Assembly (NCBI GenBank): GCA_973895155.1
Contig: OZ316892.1
Location: 7,547,251-7,611,250, forward strand
Direction of reading: 5' to 3'
Source: Marsupella aquatica
Taxonomy: Eukaryota > Plantae > Marchantiophyta
Length of the DNA stretch: 64,000 nucleotides
The notes beneath the pieces were generated by a model. That model saw only the letters and a list, made by a program, of their open reading frames with translations, did not search any database and had not been told where the DNA came from. This document shows positions 1 to 12,200 of the stretch, in pieces. Every line of letters begins with the position of its first letter. The first letter of the stretch is position 1. Both the position numbers and the translations under genes were made by a program.

Positions 1-146
1 ACTTAACACCATTCATTCAAGACATTAAGAATTAAAGTAAATGCATGGGCTAAAACCTTATTACTCCAAAATGAGCCCAAAGGCCATATATATAATAGTA
101 AATGGGAAGTCCAAAATAGGTGTAAGAGGATAAAGGACATGATTTC

Positions 147-1287
147 CTAATCCCACTCATAGTGTGTGAATAACTCATCTCCTGCTCTAATGGTCCTAGT
201 GATATGTCGTGCCATATGGTGCCGGCATTGGACCATCAGTAAAAACCCACTCACAATTGGCCCTACACTTGGGCCGAGTCCCCACAGTACTATTTATGAA
301 ACCAGCAATATTCCCATTACGTATGGGATCACCATCTATCACCCGCTACTCACTATACCTTCTAGTGCTACCATCAAAAGTATCCATCTCTAGAGCATAT
401 ATTTTCCACTCAGGATGTTGTGCAAGGATCATGTTCCAATGTCTTCTCTTGTAGATGGGTCCACCGTATGGGAACAAAGTAGGACCCTCTCTACCACGAA
501 CACTTGACCCACCCTCCTCATCCATGATGATATCCTCACAAGCAAATACTCCATATCCATGTCTCTCTCCAAGTGTGGAAGTTTTCACAATCCAACGTCT
601 ACCCCAAACCACAATCTCCTCATCAAAATCTGTAAAATAAGGCAAGCCAAGAGTGATAGGTTCCCAATCCTTGATGATAGAGGCACACTTGCCAGTGAAT
701 GAACAAACACCCCACCTACCCTGAACTAGTGTTCTGGATGGGTCATTGGGTGCTCGTGGCCTCCTGTTGGATTGGGGCCTGGACCGGGGTCTTCGTGTCT
801 CAGTGGGCACATGAGGGTGTTCCCCTTTTGTCCCATGACTGGTACTAATTCCCAAACCCAAGGCTTGTGAAAGTGCATTGCCTATAGCATCTAAAACTCC
901 TTGTGATGGGACATAGGGTGGTGGTGTCACTAATCTACGCATATTGGATCCCTATTCCATGCAAACACCCACAAACAACCAAATGTGTAAACCATATGTG
1001 TAAACATTGATTCACCTCTAAAAATAACAGTAAAGAACGGCAATCAATTGAAACAAACTTACCATATGGGATGAAGAAGCCCCGGGAGTAAGACCTCTAT
1101 GATGTCCATATCTCTCAATATGTTGAGCACACACATAAGATTTTTGAGAAATTTGGCCCACACATTTGGTGCAGTCACAAAGTCTTCGGGGTGGACCACG
1201 AGGACCAGTAACCTCGGGCTGAGGAGGAGGGGGTATATCGTCATCGAAGGAGTACTCACTACTGGATAGTTCAGAGGAAGAGGACAT
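147..1287 (-). pseudogene. Two-exon SET-domain gene inside the CACTA, with an N-terminal Cys/His motif; disrupted
   Basis: Exon 1 (1287-1063) encodes LCDCTKC...VCAQHIERYG. GT-AG phase-0 intron at 1062-952. Exon 2 has SET motifs STLGERHGYGVFACEDI, IDGDPIRNGNIAGFINS, ANCEW and RTIRAGDELFTHYEWD* (stop 147-149). In-frame TAG at 346-348 and frameshifts at ~195-270. Confidence 0.75.
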
Positions 1288-1422
1288 ATCCACTGCCACA
1301 TTACATTGCATGTAGGGCATGATTAGGAAAAATTAGGCCATATATAAAGCGATTTTAAAAAAAATGAACTCAAAAAACAATTAGGTTGGTTTATACATGG
1401 GGTTTTATTACCCTTTTATATT

Positions 1423-2460
1423 TGTTAGCATGAAACCCAAATTAAGGTGAGTGTCATGCAAGAAGAAACCACATTATAACCTTTGGGAAAATTGTAATAC
1501 CCTATGTCCTAAGTGAGGTTAGATTATTACCTGAATGAGACCCGGGCTCAACAGTGCCTATAGGTCACGTGGCTTTTGGAACATTTGCCAAATCTAGAAG
1601 TAGGAGGAAAATACTGGAAACAAAATGTAAGTTTGGATGGTAATTAGCAGCCGTCAAGTTGTGGAATCTTAGACATTTACCCACATATATCATGGCACAA
1701 CAAAGAAGGGCAAGCATAAAAATCTGTACTAACAACATTGACTGTATACATGATGTTATACCTTTTAGATGCCCGGGTTCCCACAATGCATATGCATTAG
1801 ACAAAAGTTGAGGTAGTAGTGTTGGCCCTGCGTTGTATCATGATTACATGGGTTTTCCCCTCAATTGTTAGCATAAAACCCTAAACCCTAAACCCTTATC
1901 CCCCCTCAAGTGAAAGGTGAGTGTCATGCAATAAAAACCCACCCTAGACCCCTGGGAAAACTCTAAAGGCCTAAGCCCAGAATGAAGTTGGACAATAATT
2001 ACCTGAATGAGATCCGGACTCAATAGTGCCTGTAGGTCGTGTGGCTCATTGAACATGAGCTGAATCTAGAAGCACGAGGAAAATACTGGAAACAAAAAAG
2101 TAAGTTTGGATAGCCATTAGCTTCTCTCAAGTTGTAGACCCCCAAACATGTGCATATAGATATTCTTGCACAACAAAGAAGGGCAAGGTTTATGAACAAT
2201 CTCTTTATCAAACCCTACTAACATACATGTTTAAATATACCTTTTAGATGTCCGGGTTCCCACAATGCATATGCATTAGACAAAAGTTGAGGAAGCAGTG
2301 ATGGTCCTGCACTGGATCATGATTACATGGGATTTCCCTCAATTGTTAGCATAAAAACCAAAACCTCATCCCGCTTCAAGTGAAAGGTGAGTGTCATGCA
2401 ATAAAAACCCACCATAGACCCTTGGGAACTCTAAAAGCGTAAGCCAATGAAGTTAGCAAA
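1423..2460. repeat. ~440-480 bp diverged tandem duplication (2 copies plus a partial third) inside the CACTA
   Basis: TGTTAGCAT(G/A)AAA...AAGGTGAGTGTCATGCAA restarts at ~1423, ~1866 and ~2344. The first two copies share blocks such as CCGGGTTCCCACAATGCATATGCATTAGACAAAAGTTGAGG. Confidence 0.85.
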
Positions 2461-3170
2461 AACCTAAATGGTCAATTCCCTTCAACCATCCTATGCTTCT
2501 CTCTACCATAATTATATGCCACCCCTCTTGGTTACCCTCCTAAGATACCATAAAAGTAACCCAAGATACTATAAAACTGAAACCTCTCTTTCAAACCCTC
2601 CTAAGTTGGCCTAAACCCCAAAACCCAAAACATAAAACCCCTCCTAGCTCTTACCCTCCAATACATATAACCCCAACCTTCATAAATAAAACCCCCCTGC
2701 AAACCCAAAACATAAAACCCCTCGTATCTAAGCCAATCTAAGCCCAACCTTCACAAAAGAAACCCTCCCCTAACCAGGCCAAACCCCCTGCTCTTACCCT
2801 GCAATATAACTCCTTCAATTTTCTAACCCCCCCAATCCTTATCTCATCACATCCCACTAAAATGCAACATAATCCTCTACATCTACCCCATTTAATGTTC
2901 ATAAGCCCCCTTAGTATCCCTAACAACACATCAAATACGCATGCGAGACCGGGGTTATGGCAAAACCAAATAGCGAAGGCTTTTGCGAATCTTGAAGCTT
3001 CACAAAGATAGAATTTGCGAAGCTTTTTGCGAAGGCCGATGCATCGCAAACTGCAATGCAAAACAAATCGCAAAGCCCAATATTTTGAATCCTTATGGAT
3101 TGCCGAGCGCGGACAAGGCAGATTCAGTTCATTCAGGCCTGAGGAGAGCAACGAGGGCAAGGGCGGAGCG

Positions 3171-5271
3171 ATGGCGAGCGAAGAGGGGACTGGTGGTGAT
3201 GGAGGAGCTTCTGGCAGCAGCGGAGGCAACCGAGGGGGGGGGGATCGATTGAAGGCGATTGTGGATGAGCATTTTTTGGTTGCACAGTTGAGTCAAATTG
3301 ATTTCACCAGTCCAGCAGGGCTGGCATCATTGAGTGCCCTTCTGGGCCAAGCCTTGCAAGCAGGTCTCACTGCAGGGCAAGCAGCAGTGGAGGAGGATGC
3401 AAGGAAGGCAGCAGAGCAGGCGGCTGCTGAGAGGAAGCGAAAGAGGGATGAGAGAGCTTAGGCTGGAGTGCTCTCGCCTCAAGCATTGGAAAAGAAGAAA
3501 AGGAAAGATGAGAGAGACCTGATCAGGAAACAGAGGGAGGAGCAAAGAAAGAAGGAGGCAGCAAGGAGGAAGCTGCCTCTGATTACTTTAGAGGATGAGG
3601 GGATTCCCACCGAGCTTGCTTACAATGGGGCCAAGAGCACAATCAGGCACATTGTATCCACAAATTTTGCAAGAGGAGTCGAGTGGGGCACTCGCTCAAA
3701 GGCAGAGCAGAAGCGAGTCATCAATCAGGTGAAAGATGCATTTCAAAATGGAGGAGAGATGGATTCACAGTGGCTTGCTGACAAAATTTCAAACTCCATG
3801 TCACAAGCTAGATACCATGATAGAATGAAGATCAGGTCTCACCTTAGAGATTTGGAGGAGTATAAGAATTTGTAGAGGCCGCTGCAATTCTCAAAAGATA
3901 TCTGGCAGGCCTTCTACCAGACAGAGGTGAAGTTGAAAGCAGCCAGGCTCCTCAATGATTTCACAGAGAAGCTGGCAAAGGCTCAAAGGGCAAAGGAGGC
4001 CGGGAAGTCTGACCGGGACCTGAAGGTGATGGAGCAGAAGGTAGCCCAGCTCCAGCAGGTTGTAGCAGAAGTAGGCGATCCACCCAACAAGTTCCTGAAG
4101 GCAGCTGAGCGAGTCCGAGACAAGCCCAACATCACCCACAGGCTGGGTCAAGGTGGACTCCCCGGCCTCAAAGCAGCATTCGTGAGTGCACCTCCCTCTC
4201 CTCCCTTGACTTCTTGCTACTCCAATTCCTATTCCAACACACCTGCAATGAGCCAACTCTTTCTTGCATTTCCACCAAGTAGTTACAATTAGACTTGTTG
4301 TGTCAGATTAGGTCACGTACAGTTGCTTCCCTCTCGGGTTTTTGCCATGACAGAGTTTGCGATACATTTGCGATGCGGGTAGCTTCGCAAATCCTTCGCA
4401 AACCTTATTATGCCCTTTTTTTGCTTACGTTTGCAAAGGCGTTGCGAAGACGTTGGCATCGCAACCAGCTTCGCAAACGTAATTGTCCTTATGATTGCGA
4501 AGCTGGCGCCTTCGCAAAATTTCAAAAATTTGAATTTTTAAATTTTCCGATCGTTTAAGTGTTCTTTGAGGGTCTTCCCCATATATGCCACCCTCCATAA
4601 CCCCAAAACCTTGATGCACCACCCCACCAGCCCCAACAAACCCCCTAATTTTTAGAAGCCATGTGAATCGGGTTATGGGTTGGTGTTAACCCAATTGTGC
4701 TGGTTTTGTTTTGGCTTAGTACAAGAGGTACAAGAGGAAGATTACGGCGGCTGAGATGGAGGTGGGCCAGAAACATGGGAAGGAGCATCTCTTTCAGCAA
4801 GTTGATGAATTATTGGTGAGAATTTTTAGGTTATTACATTCATTGCAATTTTGAATGAATATCTCTTTTGTTCACACTTGTAAAGAATATGAGACTAACA
4901 GACACCTGGTTTGCTAATGGAAGCAGGGAGGGGAGGATGGTGACTCCCATACCGAGGGTGGCACCGATAGTAGTGATGAGGATGTGGAGGGGACAGGGGA
5001 GGGGAGCACAGCTCCTGCTACTCAAGCCAGGCCAACTAGCACTGGAGACCAGTCATTTGCATCAGCATGTTCCAGTGGTGCTGGGGGTGGTAGCGCGGCA
5101 AGCCAGGGCGGTGGAGGTGGGGATGAGGATGAGGATGAGGGTGACCCCGAGGGTGACCAAGAGGAGGAGGAAGTCCAGGTTGCACCCCCCCAAGAGCACA
5201 CAAGGGCAAGGAGAAGGCCAAGGGGAAGAAGGCAAGGAGGGGCAGGAACACTCCTTTCTAGCTCGATGTAG
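3171..5271 (+). pseudogene. CACTA TnpA-like (ORF2) gene, 3 exons, two premature stops
   Basis: Model 3171-4181, 4720-4815, 4927-5271 with phase-0 GT-AG introns that keep the frame. In-frame TAG at 3459-3461 and 3873-3875. W/helical core, THRLGQGG motif and acidic tail resemble TnpA/Transposase_24-type proteins. Lies next to the CACTA terminus. Confidence 0.6.
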
Positions 5272-6749
5272 ACAAGTTGTAGCTAGAGCACTTACATCGA
5301 GTTCACATGTATAGCGATCAGCATGCATGGCCGTGGCACTTTACCTAAGGGTTTTTACCCTTCCATTTTGTAACTTTTGTACTTTTTAAGTAATGCCATT
5401 TTAATTGTGGCAGACTGGGTCAACATCACTTTCCTCCCTCCTTCAAAACCCATGAATGGTCTCCCTCACCCTCACCCTAACCCAAATACACAAAAACCCA
5501 TGAAATATACATTTTGCGAAGCCTTTGAGAACCAACCCCCATCTCAAAGAGCCACGGTGAACGTATCGCAACCATTCCGAGGAGAAACGCATCGCAACAC
5601 TTGCGATGTTGTCTAAATCACAACCCTAGTGAAGACTTCCTCTCCACACGTTTGCGAGCTAAATGCCTTCGCAACAAAGCGGTCATCCACTTCTCGCAAT
5701 CTTACGAGTTTGTTTGCATCGCAAGTTATAGAGAAATTTAACATCGGAAATTGCGATGTAAATGTTATTGCAATGCGAGCGATTCATTTGTTCTCGCAAA
5801 ATAATGAAATTTATCGTTTCTCAATATTTGCAAGGACAGTGCCGTCGCAACGTTGCGGAGATGTTGCGACGTATTTAGAATCGCAAGTTGCGAAGTAGTT
5901 GCGAAGGGCCGTTTGCGAAGAATTTGAGATGGGAAGTAGCGAAGACGTTGCGATGCGAGTAAGTTCGCAAATTGGGTATTTCGGATTTTGTTTCCTTTGT
6001 ATGATGCGAAGGGTGGTGGTTCGCAAAAGAGGCATAGTGTTGTAGTGATTCGGCTACCGGCACTTGTTTTTTGTGGCAGATATTGGCCGTGCCAGAGCAC
6101 GGACCACTGCTACGCTACAATTAATACCCAGTGCTGCACAGAGCAATTTTAATTACAGTCTGCTCCGAATCAGATATATAGTGTTTCTGGTTTTTGGTTT
6201 GCCATGCCTTCAGATCATCGATGCGCTAAATTGTATCAGATCTATTACGCGACTTCAATCGTGGGTATGGTACAAAGTCGTCAGGACTCATGAGTGAACG
6301 ATATGATCCACTTGAATTACGGATTGCACTCCCCGCCTGGACAATATAATCCAGTGAAATTATGGAATTTTTCGTTGCCTTGAAACATTCGATTGAGTGG
6401 AATTACGGATTTCACTCCAAGCAGCTATGGATGCAACACCAGATCATGATCATAGCGTGTAACTGAATCCCAGTGCATGATGATCGTAGCGTGTAACTGA
6501 ATCCCAGTGATGTCGATCTCTCAATATCGATGGATCTACAGTACGAAACGCCGCCGTTTTGGAAAAACTGTAGTGAACACGACGTCTACCTCAGGTGAAG
6601 CCAAGGGAGCCATGGGCAGAGTTCACTTAGATTCAAAGATGACAGACGGGCCCCATCACTCGGTGTTGGAGAGACTAGTATGGAAGAGGACCGAGGAAAG
6701 AGAACTGTTCAATTTTCGTCAAAAGAATAGCAGCCCATAGTACGAAGAC

Positions 6750-7196
6750 CCCCTGCCGTGTCATAATTGGGCCTCAAAGTGTTGCACGGAGCCACGGACG
6801 CGAATGAAATCTAGCCGCCGCTTTTCTAGTGCAGTTCGTTAAACTTTGTCTACATTTTTGGCTCGATCGCAAAGGGAGTGCCAATAAGATCTGACCTATA
6901 AGAATTGACTGAGGATCCCGAATAGTCGGATAGTAACCTGAGATCAAAGCAATAGGTTTTCTTACAGTCATCCCAACGGGAGATCGAAGAAACGTGAAAT
7001 TCTTACTTCCCGTAGAGAACACGGCCGTAGCGGAGATCCTGTTTCAAAATGGTCTACTGGAATTCCTGCATTACTGTGCTCACTTCTTCAACTGGACGAG
7101 CAGGATGCTGAGCTCGAGGTGTTACGTTCTGAGATCGAGACGTTCATGAAGTTACGGTCTAACGCCGAATCGAGGCTACTATTTCTTTGCCCCCAG
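6750..7196 (+). pseudogene. BTB/POZ paralog (copy 0): promoter and 5' coding fragment only
   Basis: Aligns by eye to the copy A upstream region (CCTATAAGA..TGACTGAGGATCCC, CCTGTTTCAAAATG). Encodes DAELEVLRSEIE...SRLLFLCPQ out of frame with the ATG at ~7049 and stops abruptly at ~7196. Confidence 0.75.
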
Positions 7197-8727
7197 TTCG
7201 TGAAACTTAGAAAAAAAGTATAATACACAGTTGCGCCACTTTTTAGAGTGGTCCTCATTCAAATTTGAAGGGCATAAAAATTTAAAAATGTGATCAAAGG
7301 AGTAATAAAATCAAAATGTGGATCATCATTGTAACCTATCATTTTCAATGCCAAAAAACAACAGTAATAAGGCCCAAAGACATAGTGAAACGCATGACAC
7401 GGACGTTGATGGCAAGTTGTCGGGCGAGGGGCACACTTGCAATGTAGGGCAGCCCCTCGAAGGGCTCCAATCGTGCACGGGTGGGGAGGGAGGGGGCAGC
7501 GAGCGAGTGGAGTGATGATGAAATGGGGAAAAGGGGGAGGTTAAGGTTTAAAAGGAACATAAGAGGAAATAAAGTTTAAAAGGGGGGGAAAACACCTCTC
7601 ATTTTGGTATACTTTTGTGGTTGTCATAGCCAGTGGTTTGTGCAATGACGTCTTTTATTCAAAGAATTTTTTTGTGCAAGGAGAAAAAAGAAAAAGGGAA
7701 CTTTTGTGGTTGCCGTGGCCAGTATTTTGCACAATGATATCTTTCATTCAACAAAAAGTTTTGTGCAATTTTTTATTCAATGATATCTTTTGCACCATGA
7801 GCTATTTCTCAACAACATCTTTAACTAAACATAATCTTTTATGCAACGCACGGGGATTGAAAGGATAGTGATAAAATGGTCATCTTTGCTAAACCCTAAA
7901 ACCTTAAACCTGAAACCGATAATATAACATTGTGCCAATGTATAGAGTGGTCGCCATTCAAATGCAAGGGCATTTTGGGTAAAAAAACAAACAAAGAAAA
8001 AGACTTGGCTCCTTCTCTCCTTGACTTTTTACTTCATAACATCTTTCACATAATGACAACTTGGATGAAACGACACCTTTTTTTTCTTTATAACATCTTT
8101 CACTTCATGATATCTTTGGCAAAATGACACATTTTTTTTATCAACATCTTTCACATAATGGCATCTTTGGCAAAATGACTTCAAGGACATCTTTTGTGTA
8201 ATGCACGGGTATTTTCCCTCAACGATGTCTTGGCTGACATGACATCTTTTCCCTCAATGATGTCTTTGCTGACACGACATATTTTTTCTCAACAACATCT
8301 TGGCCGACATGACAATTGTTTTCTTGACAACATCTTGGCTGACATGACATCTTTTTTCTCAACGACCTCTTGACCGACATGACAAATTTTTTCCTCAATG
8401 ACTTCTTTTCTCTTAACGACCTCTTGGCCATCTTTTTTTCTCAATGACTTCTTTTCTCTCAACGACCTCTTGGCCGACACAACATCTTTTCTCTCCATGA
8501 CCTCTTGGCCGACACTACATCTTTTTTCTCCACGACCTCTTGGCCGACACTACATCTTTTCTCTCCACGACCTCTTGGCCGACACAACATCTTTTTCTCT
8601 CCACAACCTCTTGGCTGACACTACATCTTTTCTCTCAACGACCTCTTGGCCGACACGAAATCTTTTTTTCTCAACGACATCTTGGCCGACATGACTTCTT
8701 TTGTGCAACGCACGGGTATTGAGCTAG
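7197..8727 (+). mobile_element. Non-autonomous Helitron; 3' end defined, 5' end not found
   Basis: GTGCAACGCACGGG hairpin motif (8703-8716) followed by TATTGAG-CTAG|T (CTAG 8724-8727), the usual plant Helitron 3' terminus. The left boundary is inferred only from where BTB homology stops. Confidence 0.7.
8215..8700. repeat. ~35-37 bp minisatellite, roughly a dozen degenerate copies
   Basis: Consensus approximately TCAACGACCTCTTGGCCGACACGACATCTTTTTTC repeated head to tail. Confidence 0.9.
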
Positions 8728-8778
8728 TTTACAATATATATCTCAGTAAAGATTCTACTAAACACTGATAAACCAATC

Positions 8779-9023
8779 TTGAAAAACATTTAAGCAAAAC
8801 TGAAATCCGGAAAATTAATTTATGGCCTTGACTTATAGAAGAAAATAATAACTATACCCACACCATGCACGAACCTGATCATTCATGCTCAACAGAAAAG
8901 CTTGAAAAACATTTAAGCAAAACTGAAATCCGGAAAAATAATTTATGGCCTTGACTTATAGAAGAAAATAATAACTATACCCACACCATGCACGAACCTG
9001 ATCATTCATGCTCAACAGAAAAG
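8779..9023. repeat. ~123-bp near-perfect tandem duplication
   Basis: TTGAAAAACATTTAAGCAAAACTGAAATCCGG...CATGCTCAACAGAAAAGC occurs twice in tandem. Confidence 0.9.
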
Positions 9024-9173
9024 CTCTCAGACACAAAAGTTGGTTATCCAAACTGGGACAGGCACTCTCAAATTAGTACACTGGGTATTGTTCCACATGA
9101 TTTATCTAAATATACCAACAAAACTAGACCAATTGCAAAAATCAGCTTGAATTACATTGCCACTAAAACTGTA

Positions 9174-9275
9174 TGTAATTACAATCTTACTTATAAATCT
9201 GTAGCTACAAGTTAGAATTGGAGCTGTAATTACAATCTTACTTATAAATCTGTAACTACAAGTTAGAATTGGAGC
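9174..9275. repeat. ~51-bp tandem duplication
   Basis: TGTAATTACAATCTTACTTATAAATCTGTA(G/A)CTACAAGTTAGAATTGGAGC occurs twice. Confidence 0.9.
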
Positions 9276-12200
9276 CTAGGTTTCTAGAGTGAAACCTCTA
9301 GACAATAATTTCATGGCTCATCATGTGGATGAGAAAACTGATGTCTATGATGTATGTCATGTCAAATGATAAAGCTTTTTGTTATGATTTATATTTATAT
9401 TAAAAACTGATCTCTATGGCCCCACCATATTATATGTGCATAAGTGGGATGTGGGATAGAAAAATTGAAAATGAGATGTGCATAGAACTAGAGTACTATG
9501 GTATGTTATGTATGATTATTAAAATAATAATATATATGATAAATTTTTTATCATTTCATTAACCTTCAAAACATGTGCATAAGAAATATATTTTGGTGAC
9601 ATCTTTATTGTACTCCCGACTATTCACGTTCAAAGAACAGTAGTCGAGGCTAGTAGTATTATATTCTCCCAAACATAACTTCATGGACTTGTATTTGAAC
9701 GGGACCATGGGGCACTCTATTTGAACAGTGCACCAGGGCATTGTATTCATATTTACGGACCCCATGAGAGGTCCCTTCCAAAATTCCTGGCACCAGAGCG
9801 TGCCACGTCAACAACAACCGCAACAAACAAGACTTGGCAGTTTTGTGAATTAAACTTACAGTTTTCATTCGTGTTTGCATCAATTTGGGTGTAAATTTTG
9901 GGATGCCATACCGTAAAAAAAATGTAAAAATTTAGAAATGCAAAGAGCAAGATAGGTAAAACTGTCACTATGTAACCGTTTTAGTTACGTATCCAATTTT
10001 AAAAATTAAATTCAAAGATTTGAAAAGTATTTTTCATATAATAAACAATAATTAATAACTAACTTGATAACTTCCTTGTTAAAGTGTAACTAGCACATGA
10101 AGTAAAATTTCCAGCCTTTTGCAATTTAGGCAAACTGCTAGTTATGGTTGGAACTTGAATTCAATGAATTGATACAATTCATTTGATCAGACATTGATCT
10201 GGTTTCAAATGGACTTGCCACGAATTGACTATTGACTCTGACTCTTAGCTTGAGAATTTGGTTGCATGTAGCGAAAAAGCCTGATTTTGACGGCTGCTTG
10301 TGATTATCACGCTATCGATTTTGGCCTGCAAAGCAAAGTATTCATGTGTGATTATCACGCTGTCAATTTTAGCTTGCAAAGCAAAGTATTCATGTGGCAA
10401 TTGAAAAACTGTCAAATTGCTCAGGCCATGGTTAAACGGGTCCATAGTGATTTTGTGAGAAAATCCAATCTAAACAATGCAAGCTGTAAAATCTATCATA
10501 TCTGTCCAACACAACATGACTACCAGCTTCCCTTCCTAATCAGACTCTATCTTCCAAAAGCTTTTGGTGAATAGTTGCATCAAGGTCATGAGACTATTAA
10601 CCTTTAATTCCAAACTTGCCAAATTCAGACTTCAGTGAAATCTCCAAGATTTCCAATTATTTGAAAGTACATTGACAAATCGGGCAATAAATATTCCAAA
10701 GAGGACTCAGCTACTAGAAAGCTTAGGGTTCCTTGTTGAGAAAAGCGAATATCTCAATTGATCTTGAGAAAGTAATCTTCTCAACTCAAATTGAGTGCTC
10801 AGGGCACTTCAGTAGTCAAATATAGTGTCATTTAATGCCTGAATCAACTAACTGAAAAAACTCTGCCTTGGGTTTATTAATTAATGTTCTAAAATTAGTG
10901 AAAATATCTCATAGATCTTAAGTGTTTTAATGTATGCCAACTGAGCATTATGGACCACATTAGCCTCTCAAAACGCAAGCTAAAGGCCCTTATTTTCCTG
11001 GTCATTATGAAGAAGATTGCAAAATCACATTTGGATGAGGTAATTAATTTCTTTTATGCTTTCACTAAAATTTGTAAAACTATCTCATCAGAATAATCTC
11101 TGATACCATAGCATTTTGGACCATATTAATAGCCTCTCACAACTTGAGTTAAAGCTAGTATTACATACATTCTTTTTACTCAAACAAGGCCTAATAAATG
11201 TAGCCAGAGGGTCCACGAACTAATTTGACTATGTGTTTCCATTTTTCTTGTATCTGAATAGTGGACCATGGGACACTCTATTTGAACATTGCACCCAGGG
11301 CATTGTATTCATTTTTTACATAATTTGATTATGTTTCCATTTTTTGTATTTGTAGGGTGATGTGTTTGGAAATGGACTGTGTTTAAATATTAGCATTGAC
11401 ATATACTTCTTGAATGTTTTATTATTTGTGCTCAATGTAGAACAGTTTAGAGTAACATCTCAAACACAATGCTCGGGCCTTGTGTTTAGAAAAAATAAAT
11501 TCTAATGGAGACCTACAAAAATCCATTTTCGAACACGATGCTTTGTTCAGGGGAAGACTATAGTAGCCAAATATAGAGAATTGTTAACCATGAATCCATC
11601 CTGCACAAGACATTATGGAGTCCAAGCAAGAGGCAAATTCTCGAACTGAAGCTCAAGTCATATATTTAATAGAAGGAGACCAGCTGGAGAGATGTAGCGC
11701 TCCGTGAAACCCGTTGAGAGGAGAGACAGTGAGAGGCTCGGATGCAGGAACACTTAGTTTTTTTCCGGGATGACGCATCACGGGTTGGTAAGGGTATTAA
11801 AGTAACTCGGGCCCCCGCTTGTTGACGCTGCTGCGGCTGTTTGGAGTTATTTTTTCAAAACTGGATCACACTGGACCACACAATGGTTTTGTCGCGCGTT
11901 AACAGCTTGCATTAATATAACCAGTATTTTGTCCATTATCAACAGCTAGTCTTTGTTTTACACAGGGTAATCACGCGACGTGCCACTCTACCGCACTCAT
12001 GTCGACACCCCCTACGCACCATCCTCCTCCATGTTTTACTAAGAAAATAACCAGATTTTTGAATTTGGTGCGTTTTTCTTAGACTTTCAGCGCTGCACTC
12101 TGTTTGTGCAATCTATTGACTACTTGGCTCACATTGGAGGTGAGGAATGCGACCGGGAAGCTGCACTCAGTTTCGAATCTGTAGGGACTGTCTTCACTAC

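Larger units (their letters stand above)
1..6047. mobile_element. CACTA/EnSpm DNA transposon, right-hand part; the other end lies before the window
   Basis: Ends TAGTGTTGTAGTG at 6035-6047 (reverse complement CACTACAACACTA), followed by ATT (candidate 3-bp TSD). Dense TTCGCAA/TTGCGAA/CATCGCAA subterminal motifs in both orientations at ~5510-6030. Contains a TnpA-like gene. Confidence 0.85.

Noticed and set aside
8215-8700. Regularly spaced ~36-bp repeats resembling a CRISPR array (also 16859-17067 and 20661-20790)
   Set aside because: The units are head to tail with no unique spacers, there are no cas genes, and the context is eukaryotic TE sequence. They are minisatellites.
11098-11108. CTCTGATACCA, a reverse-complement tRNA-iMet PBS-like motif
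   Set aside because: No adjacent TG...CA LTR end or gag sequence, so probably a chance match or an unrecognisable relic.
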